Assembly (NCBI GenBank): GCA_964607485.1 | Contig: CAZSKP010000041.1 | Span: 1 to 39,764, forward strand | Length of the DNA stretch: 39,764 nucleotides | Reading direction: 5' to 3' | Source of the DNA: an uncultured bacterium | GTDB lineage: Bacteria; Abyssobacteria; SURF-5 | In this document: positions 26,264 to 35,705 of the stretch, in pieces | How positions within the stretch are numbered: the stretch's first letter is position 1 | Layout of the letters: the number at the start of each line of letters is the position of its first letter | The notes under the pieces: generated by a model | The model's input: only the letters and a program-made list of their open reading frames with translations | What the model was told of the DNA's origin: nothing | Databases searched by the model: none | Made by a program: the position numbers and the translations under genes

Positions 26264-28657
26264 TCACGCTCTGGTTATTTTGCCGGGAGTCGCCCACCAG
26301 ACGGGCAGTCCGCTGACGGGATCGCTCTTCGCTTCGAGAATCCGGCGCGCATCGACGCCCTTGTCTCGCAGGAACTCGTCGTAGGCGGTGTGGCCGAAGC
26401 CGAGCGGAATCAGCACGACTCCCTCGCGGACGCCTTCAAAAGTGTGCAGCCTCACCCTGACTTTCCCCCGTGGCGACTCCAATATGACGGTGTCCCCTTC
26501 CTGCAGGTTTTGATACAGGGCGGTGATGGGGTTTATGCGAACAAACAGCTCATTCTTCGAGAGCACCCTGTCGCTGAGTTGCTTAATCAAGAACGGCGGT
26601 GTGTCCTTTCCGTCGTCGGCCACGAGGAGCATGTCCTCGGGCATTATCATCAGGTCGAAGCCCTCGCGACTCAACTCCGGCTCGTTGTAATGAGGCATGC
26701 ATTTCACGTCGTCCGTAAAATGGAAAGCGGTCGTGAGCTGCCTGCTGAAGAACTCGAATTTGCCGCCGGGGTTTTTCAGCACTTCCTCAGGGCTTCCGCG
26801 CCCGAGGTCGGGGTCGAACCAGCAGTTGTTCTCCAGGAGTTCTCTCCACATCGAAGAGAACGAAGGGTACTTCGCGGGCCTGGAAACAGCCGAGATCCGA
26901 CCTTTTTCTTTCACGGCGACGGATTCGGGAGAGGCTATCATTCCTCTGCCGGCCTGATGCAGGCCCTTCGCCCTCATCTCCAGCACCGTCTGCATGCCGG
27001 TCCAGGGGAACGACTCGGCTATCGTCCCGCCCAGTCTTTTCGCGAGAGCAATCAGAATATCTCCGGCATTTTTTGTCTGATACGACGGATTTATAAGCGG
27101 ACGGTTCACGTTATAAACCGGATACGGCAGCTCCGGCGCCGCAAACTGGTCGTCCCACCTTTCGACAGAAGTAGGCAAAGGGAGCACCAGGTTCGCCCCG
27201 GCCGCGCTCTCGTCCATGCAGCACGAGAAGCTGACAATGAACGGAACCTTCTCGAAGATTTCCTCGGCCGTCTCACGCTCGGGCAACGCGTAATAAGGGT
27301 TCGCTTCGTGAATGAAGAGCACCTTTATGCCGTCCGCCTTCAGGTTACCGGGGAGAGATGGGGAGAAGGGGTACGTGGCGCTGCCCGCTTCGTCGAGCCG
27401 CTCGACCGCATACCCGCGCGCGGCCTCTTCGTCCATCACAACCGGCGGAAGAGGCGCGACGGGCGGCTGGCGCTTCACGCCGACTCCGCCCGGCCTGTTG
27501 ATATTCCCCGCGAGAGCGTTGAGGCTGTGGACGGCCATCAGCTCATACAAGTTCGAGAAGAGGTCGCCGCCGCCCCGCCCGGCGACGGCCAGCGCGGGCC
27601 TGGTCGTCGCAAACTTTTGCGCGAGGCTCTCGATCTCTTTCGCCGGCACCGTCGTCATCTGTTCGACGGACTGGGGCGAGTAGCTCGCGAGCACCATCGA
27701 TTTGAACCCCTTGTGCGTTTCCCCGTCGGGGCCTTTCCAATCCTCAAATCCGAAGCAGTGCTTATCCACGAACTCCTCGTCGTACAGCCTGTCCCGTATC
27801 AGCACATGGGCCAGCCCGAGTGCGAGCGCGGCTTCGGCGCCCGGCTTGATGGGGACCCACTGCGAGGCCTTCGAGGCCGTGGTCGAGAGATTCGAGTCAA
27901 CCTGCACGATCTCCACCCGGTCGGAATCCGATTCGGCGAGCGACGAGGCGTAAGCTCGGTACATCCTGCCCCACGTGCCCCATCCCTCCAGCAGGGCGCA
28001 TCCGAAGCTGAGGATGAAACGGGCGTTTTCGAAATCGTAGGCCATGTCGCCATCGACGCCCTGCATGAGCTTGAGTGTCATGTTTCGAGCGTCCCTGCCC
28101 GAGCTCATTCTCACGAAATTTCGCGAGCCGACTGCGTGGAGGAATCGCTCGAACAGCCGGTTCACCGTTCTGTCGCAGCCGTTGGTGATACACGCGAGGG
28201 CATGAGACTCGTTGGCGGCGCGAATCTGCTCGATCTCACGCGCGACCTCTTCGATCGCCTCCTCCCATGAGAGCGGCTCCCACTTGGGGTCATCGTGCGT
28301 GCCCGTTCGTTTCAGCGGTTGTGTGATGCGAGAGGGGCCATACACCATCTGGAGTTCGGCCGTGCCCCGGGGACACAGCAGGCCCCGGTTGACCGGGTGG
28401 TGTTCGTCGCCGTAGATTCGGACCAATCGGTGGCCCAGCTTGCGCACCTTGGTTCCGCACCCGCCGTCGCACATGCCGCAGACACTCTTCTCCAGAGAAG
28501 GCTCACCGTGGGGCGGAACGGGAACCCACGGCCAGTTCTGTGTCCACCTGGCCAGGTCCCTGATCAGATGCCAGGGCGCGGGCGAAGACATGAACCCGAG
28601 CGTGCCCCCTCCCGCGAAGGCCAACGCCTTGAGAAATAGCCTGCGATCAACTTTCAT
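26264..28657 (-). CDS. qrcB: menaquinone reductase molybdopterin-oxidoreductase-like subunit
   Basis: Tat signal DRRLFLK; SPAPW..WTQNWPW; CGMCDGGC...CPRG Fe-S motif; DMSO-reductase-family fold motifs; lies between the multiheme and Fe-S genes. Confidence 0.87.
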   Translation of the reverse strand: MKVDRRLFLKALAFAGGGTLGFMSSPAPWHLIRDLARWTQNWPWVPVPPHGEPSLEKSVCGMCDGGCGTKVRKLGHRLVRIYGDEHHPVNRGLLCPRGTAELQMVYGPSRITQPLKRTGTHDDPKWEPLSWEEAIEEVAREIEQIRAANESHALACITNGCDRTVNRLFERFLHAVGSRNFVRMSSGRDARNMTLKLMQGVDGDMAYDFENARFILSFGCALLEGWGTWGRMYRAYASSLAESDSDRVEIVQVDSNLSTTASKASQWVPIKPGAEAALALGLAHVLIRDRLYDEEFVDKHCFGFEDWKGPDGETHKGFKSMVLASYSPQSVEQMTTVPAKEIESLAQKFATTRPALAVAGRGGGDLFSNLYELMAVHSLNALAGNINRPGGVGVKRQPPVAPLPPVVMDEEAARGYAVERLDEAGSATYPFSPSLPGNLKADGIKVLFIHEANPYYALPERETAEEIFEKVPFIVSFSCCMDESAAGANLVLPLPTSVERWDDQFAAPELPYPVYNVNRPLINPSYQTKNAGDILIALAKRLGGTIAESFPWTGMQTVLEMRAKGLHQAGRGMIASPESVAVKEKGRISAVSRPAKYPSFSSMWRELLENNCWFDPDLGRGSPEEVLKNPGGKFEFFSRQLTTAFHFTDDVKCMPHYNEPELSREGFDLMIMPEDMLLVADDGKDTPPFLIKQLSDRVLSKNELFVRINPITALYQNLQEGDTVILESPRGKVRVRLHTFEGVREGVVLIPLGFGHTAYDEFLRDKGVDARRILEAKSDPVSGLPVWWATPGKITRA

Positions 28658-28699
28658 CCGCGACCGTTCCTTCAACTCCCACCGGCATCGACCGGCCCG

Positions 28700-29335
28700 C
28701 TATTTGTGACATATGAAACACGCCGTGCTTACTCCCCTGGCTCGATGGCACTTGGCGCATTCGTCCATTCCCATCGTGCCCCACACGTTTTCCTCTTTCC
28801 TTCCAACGAGCGCGCTCATGTTCATGGATGCCTCGGAATCGTAAACGACGTAACTGTATTTCGTGATACGGTTGATCAGGTATTTGGTCGGATGCCTGGA
28901 GAGCCCCTGGGGCCCGTGGCAGGTCTCGCAGGCGAGCCCCGCCTCTTTGACATGCGATGAATGTGAGAACGAAACGCACTGTGGCTGCCTGAAGTAGAGG
29001 CCCCACTTCACTTCCCTGTTCTTCTGTACGTATTCCGTTACAAATTGTCTTTCCGTCGGGGATTCTCCCAGCACTTCGCTGTGACAGTTCGCACAGACCT
29101 CAAGGGTCGGAATTCCCGACCAGCTTCCGTCCGCATAGAAGAAGTGACAGGTCTCGCACGAGATGCCGACATCCTTCCCGTGCTTCACATGGCTGAAATC
29201 GACCGGCTGCTCATGCTTGGCGTACATCAGCGCCGGCACAAAGTACCTTCCCACAAAGTGGAAAACCACAAATCCGGCCAGAAACACGGCGAGCGTGATC
29301 GATGAGTTTTTCCTGGTTTGCGAAACTTCACTCAT
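28700..29335 (-). CDS. qrcA: menaquinone reductase multiheme cytochrome c subunit (pentaheme)
   Basis: N-terminal TM; QPVDFSH; CETCH, CANCH, CETCH, CAKCH, CFICH. Confidence 0.87.
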   Translation of the reverse strand: MSEVSQTRKNSSITLAVFLAGFVVFHFVGRYFVPALMYAKHEQPVDFSHVKHGKDVGISCETCHFFYADGSWSGIPTLEVCANCHSEVLGESPTERQFVTEYVQKNREVKWGLYFRQPQCVSFSHSSHVKEAGLACETCHGPQGLSRHPTKYLINRITKYSYVVYDSEASMNMSALVGRKEENVWGTMGMDECAKCHRARGVSTACFICHK

Positions 29336-29565
29336 TCCAGACTTTTCCCTTTTGCGCCATCACGTTTGCCATTCGACGGTGGAGAAACCCGCCGAGACTC
29401 ATCCGATGGTATCGCGACGATAAGAATTTTTCTCTCCGCCCCTCGTTATGCGCAGGGGGTGACAAGCGGCGGAGACTCTCAGGATGGCCGGCGACCAAAT
29501 TGCCGGTGTTGCCAACTGCCTGAATAGACTCATTGCCATCGCATCACACTCGTTCTTCTTCTCTG

Positions 29566-30960
29566 TCAATCGCGTCTTGTTTCTCGGCCCGGCGGTCCGG
29601 CTTTTCCCGCCTCCTCCAAATCGGTCGGCTTCTTTCCGCCTCTCTTCAGCAATGAAAACAGTGTAGGTTTCTTCCGAAAACGTGTCGCGAAAACCATAAT
29701 GCCGCCGGCGACGATACCCAGGCAGACCAGGCCGCCGAGCGACCAAAGCGCAGCGGTCCTGATGCGACGCAGATTCTCAAAATCAAGGTCTCCCGTATCG
29801 ACATGAATCTTGGCCTGAAGTAGCTCGGCGGTAGGATTGGGGTGACAGTTCGGCTTGCCGCACGTTTCCCGCAAATGCGAAGGGTTTATTGAAGATTCCG
29901 GGTCACTCGGCGGGAGAATATCGTGATAGCCGTGACAGCTCACGCACGTGGCCACCGATACGATTCCGAGGTCTTTGCCCATGCCATGGTCGCTCTTTTT
30001 GAACGTGGACACTTTGTTGGTCAGGATATTGTACTTGCTCATCTTGGTCACGTCGTCGTGGCAGCTTGCGCAGGTGTATGTGACATGCAGGGCCGAGACG
30101 CTCGATTCGGGATTCCACGGAGCCGCTATCTTGTGCTCGCCGTGACAGTCGGCGCATGTGGGAGCATCCACTATGCCTTCCTTGAACGCCCTGCCGTGAA
30201 AGCTTCTGCTGTAAGCGTGGTATTCGTCCAGATGACATCTGCCGCACGTGCGGGGCTGATGCGGTTTCAGGTCGGCCTCGCCGTTGCCCTGAATGTCGTG
30301 CACGCCATGGCAATCGGTGCACACGGCCGCCAGCGTCACCAGCCCATCTTTGAAGAGCGCCTTTCCATGCACGCTCTGCTCGTACTCCCTGTACGGCTGT
30401 TCGGCGTGGATGTTATGTTTCAGGACCATCTGCATGTTATCGTGGCAGACGGCGCAGGTGCGCGGGATATTCGCGCGATAAATAGTGGATTCCGGGTCGG
30501 ACGCGGGCCTGATATTATGCTTGCCGTGACATGTCGGGCAGGTGGCGACGTCGGTATCGCCCCTCTCGAGCGAGGCCCGGCCGTGGACGCTGGTCTTGTA
30601 CTGCTGCATGGGGGTGAAGTTCGGGGCGCCGTCGGGATTGCCCTTGTAATGGCAGGACGTGCAGTTGACATCCTTGAGCGTTTTCAGATGAGGAACTTTC
30701 TCATTGGGCGTCGGAGTTTCACTGGCGTCCACATGACAGTCGGTGCACTTGAGAGAGGCGTGTATGGACTGGGAGAAAACCTTCGGGTCGACATAGATCA
30801 GTTGGCTGCGGGCCGTCGCTTCGTCGCCGTGACAGGCGAGGCACGCGTCGTTACCCTGCTGTGTCGCATCCTGGGCCCAGCCCGGAGCGCCGCCGGTCGC
30901 GAGCAAGGCCGCCGCAATTCCAAACGCCACGCAGGTCAGTTTTCCGGTCCTATCTTTCAT
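29566..30960 (-). CDS. multiheme cytochrome c (10 CXXCH + 1 CX4CH) with a C-terminal membrane anchor
   Basis: Signal peptide; repeated Y..SVHG/C..CHG.H.I/P.TC..CH units; final CGKPNCH; C-terminal hydrophobic helix followed by RFRKK. Confidence 0.88.
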   Translation of the reverse strand: MKDRTGKLTCVAFGIAAALLATGGAPGWAQDATQQGNDACLACHGDEATARSQLIYVDPKVFSQSIHASLKCTDCHVDASETPTPNEKVPHLKTLKDVNCTSCHYKGNPDGAPNFTPMQQYKTSVHGRASLERGDTDVATCPTCHGKHNIRPASDPESTIYRANIPRTCAVCHDNMQMVLKHNIHAEQPYREYEQSVHGKALFKDGLVTLAAVCTDCHGVHDIQGNGEADLKPHQPRTCGRCHLDEYHAYSRSFHGRAFKEGIVDAPTCADCHGEHKIAAPWNPESSVSALHVTYTCASCHDDVTKMSKYNILTNKVSTFKKSDHGMGKDLGIVSVATCVSCHGYHDILPPSDPESSINPSHLRETCGKPNCHPNPTAELLQAKIHVDTGDLDFENLRRIRTAALWSLGGLVCLGIVAGGIMVFATRFRKKPTLFSLLKRGGKKPTDLEEAGKAGPPGRETRRD

Positions 30961-30980
30961 GAGTCGTAACAAGCCGGCGC

Positions 30981-32639
30981 CTAAGCCCCGGCTCCCTTTT
31001 CGGCTTCCGTTTTCGATTCCCCGACTACCCCTCCGAGCGACGCGGGAAGCAGGATGGAGAAGACCGTCCCTTCGTTCAGCACGCTCTTAACAGAAATCGA
31101 GCCGCCGTGTCTTTCGATAATCGAGAGCGCCACGGCCAGCCCCAGGCCAATCCCGCTGTCGTCTTCCTTCGTGGTGAAGAACGGCTCGAAGATGTGCCGA
31201 GCCGTTTCATCGTCCATCCCGACGCCGTTGTCCTGAACAGAAATTTCGACCGCCTTCGCGGAGGGCAGATATTTGCAGGCGATCTTCAGGATACCCTCGT
31301 CCACTATGGCGTCGCATCCATTTATCAGTATCGCGAGCAGCACCTGTTTGATTTTTTGCGAATCGCAATTTATCGCGGGTATGCCGTCGCCGAGTTGCAG
31401 TTGCAGTTCTATGCCCCTGAGGGTAATCAGGTGGTCTATCAGCAGCGTGGATTCGCGGACGATATTGCAGATGTCGTTAGGCGAAAGGACGAGGTCGGAC
31501 TGGCGCGAGAACTGGAGCAGGTTCTTCACAATCTCGCCGCATCGCAGGGCTTCGCTCATCATCATGTTAATGATTTCTTTGCTCTTCCCGTAGCCGTTCT
31601 CGGAGAACGTGTTGTTGTCCATTCGCTTCATCAGAAGCTTCGCGTAGGCGACGATGCCGGCCAGCGGATTGTTGAGCTCGTGCGCGACAACAGCCGCGAG
31701 CCGCCCGACCGAGGCCATCTTCTCCGCCTGCAGGATCAGCTCGTTCGCCTTCTGCAGTTCCTGCGTCTTGTCCGCCACACGGTCTTCGAGGCTTTTCGTC
31801 CACTCGGTGATTTCATCCTGGGCCTTCTTGAGGTCGCGCGTCATGCTGTTGAAGGAGCTGGCGAGAAGCCCCAGCTCATCCGAAGACTTCGTATCGATGA
31901 CGTAATCCATGTCGCCCATCGCGATGCGCTTCGTGCCGGTTATGAGTTTCTTGACCGGGCCGTAGATCATCATCCAGACGAATCCCGCCGACACAATCGA
32001 AACGGCAATCATGATGACGAGCAGATTCATGACGATGTTTCTCTGATATTCGGCTATGCTTTCGTCCACCTTGGCGAGCGAGAGGTTGATGTCGAACACG
32101 CCCAGAACTTTCTTGGATTCCGGATGCACGTGGCAGGGGGCCGTGTAACAGTCCGGCTCGTTTTCGATCGGTTGAATGAGGCCGAGCAAGCGCTCGCCGC
32201 GTCCGATCCTGAATATCCTGGCCCGGTCGGGACGGGAGAGTTTCGTCAGCGGCTGTTCGCGCGTATGGCAGGCGTAGCATGCTTCGGCCTTCTTATCTAC
32301 GTACGTGTTCAACTCGTGTTCGTCGGTCGAAAATGTGATCTTGCCCTCTTTGTTGAGGATTCGTATCCTTCTTATGCCCGGCTCGTCGCCCAACTGGTTT
32401 ATCATGTGGTAGAGCTCGTCCCGGCGGTTCTTGAGCATCGCCAGTCTGGTGCTTCTCTTCACGATGTCGCCCACTCCTTGAGCGCTGGTCAACACCAGTC
32501 CTTCGAGGTGTTTGCGGCTGTGTTCGACGTTGATGAAACCGAACACGCCGAAGATGACCACCACGCTGCCCACCACGCAGATGATAAGCTTGATGGTGAG
32601 GCTGCCCGATATGCTGAACATTCTCTTGACGAGATTCAT
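30981..32639 (-). CDS. HAMP-domain sensor histidine kinase with a periplasmic heme-c-binding sensor domain
   Basis: 2 TM; CYACH and CYTAPCH in the periplasmic loop; HAMP; AHELNNPL H-box; DNGVGM, FEPFFTTK, GLGL. Confidence 0.92.
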   Translation of the reverse strand: MNLVKRMFSISGSLTIKLIICVVGSVVVIFGVFGFINVEHSRKHLEGLVLTSAQGVGDIVKRSTRLAMLKNRRDELYHMINQLGDEPGIRRIRILNKEGKITFSTDEHELNTYVDKKAEACYACHTREQPLTKLSRPDRARIFRIGRGERLLGLIQPIENEPDCYTAPCHVHPESKKVLGVFDINLSLAKVDESIAEYQRNIVMNLLVIMIAVSIVSAGFVWMMIYGPVKKLITGTKRIAMGDMDYVIDTKSSDELGLLASSFNSMTRDLKKAQDEITEWTKSLEDRVADKTQELQKANELILQAEKMASVGRLAAVVAHELNNPLAGIVAYAKLLMKRMDNNTFSENGYGKSKEIINMMMSEALRCGEIVKNLLQFSRQSDLVLSPNDICNIVRESTLLIDHLITLRGIELQLQLGDGIPAINCDSQKIKQVLLAILINGCDAIVDEGILKIACKYLPSAKAVEISVQDNGVGMDDETARHIFEPFFTTKEDDSGIGLGLAVALSIIERHGGSISVKSVLNEGTVFSILLPASLGGVVGESKTEAEKGAGA

Positions 32640-32761
32640 CCTTTTGCCTTATCCGGGGAATACCGTCTCGCGTAACCTGCGCATTTTTGGCGGGGTGGTT
32701 ACAAAGAGGGTCTCACATCTGTTGATTTCGACTATTGTTATGAGGTCCAATCCCGCCAACA

Positions 32762-32790
32762 ATTTTACTAAATTTATCCTGTGCGGTCAA
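32762..32790 (-). promoter_or_regulatory. sigma70-type promoter of the histidine kinase gene
   Basis: Minus strand TTGACC-N17-TAAAAT. Confidence 0.6.
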
Positions 32791-32870
32791 GCAACCCCTG
32801 GGGTGACCCTCTCGATCGTCTCCCGAAACGGTTCCCGAACATTCAATAAGGACCTTCCCAGCCGAGAGAA

Positions 32871-34073
32871 TTATCGAGTCAACAGTTCCCGGCTGCCCGT
32901 CCCGACATCGTGTTGAGGAACAAGATACCTGAGAGCTTCGGCGGACTCTTCCCTTTCTTTCTCCTCAGGAAACACGGGCAGATACTTAACGGCGGCTCCG
33001 AACAGCGCGAAGCCCCCGGCCACGAGAAACAGCGTGGCCCCTATCTCCATCCACGACGGGAAATACTCGACTCCGGACGAACGCATCATCCCGGTTATGC
33101 TCACGTTCAGCCTGTTCAGCACAAACCCCAGAACGACCATGACGGACGCGATGAAGAGGCCGCCCTGGCTCTCACGCAATCTCCTGATGCTCAGAAGCGC
33201 AAACGGCGCCAGAACGCCCAGCCCCATCTCGAGCAGAAACATCTTGCTCTCATGGCTCCCGTCGAACAACAGCCCCAGCGCCTGCCTGTTGTACAAGTCC
33301 TTCACTTTCAGCACGAGGTAAACCGCCAATATGACCAGAATGACCCGGCCGATGCTGCGCAGAAGGTCCAGCTCGAGCCTCCTCTTGAACGCGCGCCGGC
33401 TCAGGTATGATTCGAATATGACCATCGAGAAGCCCGTCGCAACGGCCGACGTGAAAAACATCAGCGGCAGAATCGGCGTGTACCACAGCGGATGCAGCCG
33501 GCCGGGAGCTATCAGGAACACCGTGCCGAGCGAGGACTGATGAAGCGTGGACAGTATGAATCCGACTATCACAAGCGGGATCGTGATCGACTTGATGATT
33601 CTTACCGGCCTCTCCCACTTCAGGCGCTTGAACAGCATCGGACTGAACTCGAGCGATAGTACGGTTGTGTAAAGCGTCACGCACCACGCCACCTCGAACA
33701 TGACCGAATGCGGGTTCCACATGATGATCGGATGCCAGATGCGGTATGGCCGGCCTATGTCGAATATCAGGCCCGCGTTCACCATCAGATAGCCCAGAAA
33801 CGCGCTCAGCACCGCCGCGGGGAGAATCGGCTTGTATTTCTTGATGTTGAACACGTGCACAATCAGCGTGATGGTGAACCCGCCGGCCGCCAGTCCGACT
33901 CCGCACAGCACGTCGAAGCCGACCCACAGGCCCCACGGGACTTTATCGCTCAGGGCGGTGGACGCGCCCAATCCCTTGAAGAACCTGATGTAGCTGATAT
34001 ACAGCCCCATCGCGAAGATTATCCCGAATACCACCCTCCAGAACGTGATACGAGGCATCCATTTCCGGTTCAT
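32871..34073 (-). CDS. HybB/HmcC-like NrfD-family integral membrane subunit
   Basis: PWGLWVGFDVLCGVGLAAGGF, DIGRPYRIWHP, SVMFEVAWC, STLHQSSLG, YFPSWME; start at MNRKW. Confidence 0.88.
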   Translation of the reverse strand: MNRKWMPRITFWRVVFGIIFAMGLYISYIRFFKGLGASTALSDKVPWGLWVGFDVLCGVGLAAGGFTITLIVHVFNIKKYKPILPAAVLSAFLGYLMVNAGLIFDIGRPYRIWHPIIMWNPHSVMFEVAWCVTLYTTVLSLEFSPMLFKRLKWERPVRIIKSITIPLVIVGFILSTLHQSSLGTVFLIAPGRLHPLWYTPILPLMFFTSAVATGFSMVIFESYLSRRAFKRRLELDLLRSIGRVILVILAVYLVLKVKDLYNRQALGLLFDGSHESKMFLLEMGLGVLAPFALLSIRRLRESQGGLFIASVMVVLGFVLNRLNVSITGMMRSSGVEYFPSWMEIGATLFLVAGGFALFGAAVKYLPVFPEEKEREESAEALRYLVPQHDVGTGSRELLTR

Positions 34074-34125
34074 TTTGCTTGCCTTTCCACCTTTCACAGG
34101 CCCGTTCAACGACCAATCCCGCCGG

Positions 34126-34932
34126 TTAATTCTTCTTGAAACGGTCGAGGAAGCGCCGCAGACTTTTCTGAGATTCGATTCCGTCCATGCGGTCGCGCTC
34201 GGCCTGTTTGATTCGTTCATCCTCGAGCGTCATGCGGCGGTTGATTATCCAGGCGACCCCGCCGAGGAGCGTCCCGCCCACAAGCACGAAGTCGGGAATC
34301 TTCGAGAGCACCGACCACGTGAGAAGCGGAAGGGGCTTCTCGATGAGGTCCGACTTGAAGCCGATCTGCTCGAACGGCACGGCCGCAAGGTAGAGCATCG
34401 ATGTGCCCCCCACCTCGCGCTCGCCGAAGATGTGGTCCTGATAGTCGCCGGGGTTCTCCGCGATTCTCCTTCGCGCCTCGGCCAGGAGCTCGCTCCTCTC
34501 GCCGAACGTCGTGGCGCCTGTGGGGCAGGCCTCGGCGCACGCCGGCTGCTCTCCGACAAGCACGCGGTCGTAACAGAACCAGCATTTTCTCACGCGTGGC
34601 AGCGCGCTGGCCCATTCATACGTGGGCATCTGAAACGGGCAGGCCTGCATACAGTATCTGCAACCGATGCATTTATCTTCGTTATAGACCACCGGCCCTT
34701 CTTCCAGTTTCTTCAGCGCTCCGACGGGGCAGACGGAGGCGCAGGCCGGCTCGACGCAGTGCATGCACATCTTGCGCACAAAGTAGTCGCCTCGTTCGAA
34801 TACCTTGGTGAACTTGCAAGCGGAGAGGTCAGACTCGTCGCATTCGGGCAGGTTGTTCTTCTCACGACACGCATCCTCGCATGAGAGACACCCTATGCAC
34901 CATGTCGTGTCTATCAGCATTCCCTTCCTCAT
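34126..34932 (-). CDS. HybA/FdnH-like 4x[4Fe-4S] protein with a C-terminal TM anchor
   Basis: CIGCLSCEDAC, CMHCVEPACASVCP, CIGCRYCMQACP, KCWFC..ACAEACP; GEREVGGTS; C-terminal TM; no Tat leader. Confidence 0.9.
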   Translation of the reverse strand: MRKGMLIDTTWCIGCLSCEDACREKNNLPECDESDLSACKFTKVFERGDYFVRKMCMHCVEPACASVCPVGALKKLEEGPVVYNEDKCIGCRYCMQACPFQMPTYEWASALPRVRKCWFCYDRVLVGEQPACAEACPTGATTFGERSELLAEARRRIAENPGDYQDHIFGEREVGGTSMLYLAAVPFEQIGFKSDLIEKPLPLLTWSVLSKIPDFVLVGGTLLGGVAWIINRRMTLEDERIKQAERDRMDGIESQKSLRRFLDRFKKN

Positions 34933-34954
34933 CTAGCCTATCCTCCAATCGGAT

Positions 34955-35668
34955 CTAGGAGTTTTCCAGGAATCGTTCCCTGAACAGTTTCCACGCCTCA
35001 TCGTCAAGAGTCTCGAGCAGGTTGTCGAGCGCAAGAGCGCCGTCCTGCATGGTGACGCCGACCGTCTGAAGCCTCGGCATCTGCGCCGCCACCAGTTCCT
35101 GCAGCCGGAACAGTTCGTCGTATATCCATCTGACCGCCTCTTCGGCGACCTTCAAAACCTTCAGGTTGGCCGAAAGGTTGCTCGGACGCACCTTGCAGAC
35201 CCAGCCGGACGAGTCCAGGTCGCGACGCCGCGACAGCGTGTCGTTCACGGAGCTTACGATGCCGTCGATCGGTGCCACGAACTCGGCCACCCGGCTTCCC
35301 TGCCGGACCGCAAACAGCTTTTCCCCCTGGCGCACGCTCCGGCCCATCGCCGGCAGCTCGACCTCGTCAACCCTTCCTATCGCCTTTCGCGCAAAGGCAT
35401 CCAGCCCGATCTCGGCCTCGCCGGATTCCGCTATGGCGGCCCAGCTGTGGCCTCGATGCAGGAACGCATTCTTCGGGGGCGCAATCCCGAAATCTCTCAG
35501 GCAGTCAACCATCCGTGCGTAGTTTGCCGGAAGGTGCGATGCCTCCCCAATCGGATCGGGCATGAAGAATCCGTACACCTCCCCGCCTCTCCTGTGCTCG
35601 ATAAACTGAATCGCTATCTCCACTGCCAGGAACGCCAGTATTATGCCGACGATAGCCAAGGGAACCAT
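34955..35668 (-). CDS. membrane-anchored GcvH-like (glycine cleavage H fold) protein 3
   Basis: GGAGAGG RBS; N-terminal TM; HRGHSWA, IGLDAFA, APIDGIVSSVN, GWV; C-terminal MQDGA. Confidence 0.8.
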   Translation of the reverse strand: MVPLAIVGIILAFLAVEIAIQFIEHRRGGEVYGFFMPDPIGEASHLPANYARMVDCLRDFGIAPPKNAFLHRGHSWAAIAESGEAEIGLDAFARKAIGRVDEVELPAMGRSVRQGEKLFAVRQGSRVAEFVAPIDGIVSSVNDTLSRRRDLDSSGWVCKVRPSNLSANLKVLKVAEEAVRWIYDELFRLQELVAAQMPRLQTVGVTMQDGALALDNLLETLDDEAWKLFRERFLENS

Positions 35669-35705
35669 CCTTACCTCTCCTTTCCAGTACAACGGGGGTG
35701 TGTAT

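Noticed and set aside
26090-28270. 726-aa plus-strand ORF, and similar ones at 22612-24171 and 31107-32675
   Set aside because: Antisense to well-supported qrcB/qrcC, cytochrome and kinase genes.
24229-29335. Alternative complex III (act) assignment
   Set aside because: The Fe-S and molybdopterin-like subunits are separate genes, there is one NrfD subunit in the block and no ActD/E/F. Order and motifs fit Qrc.
29340-29560. c-di-GMP-I riboswitch-like GGCAAAC...GCGCAAA string and hairpin upstream of qrcA
   Set aside because: It lacks the GNRA-capped stem and second hairpin of the GEMM consensus. An Rfam scan would settle it.
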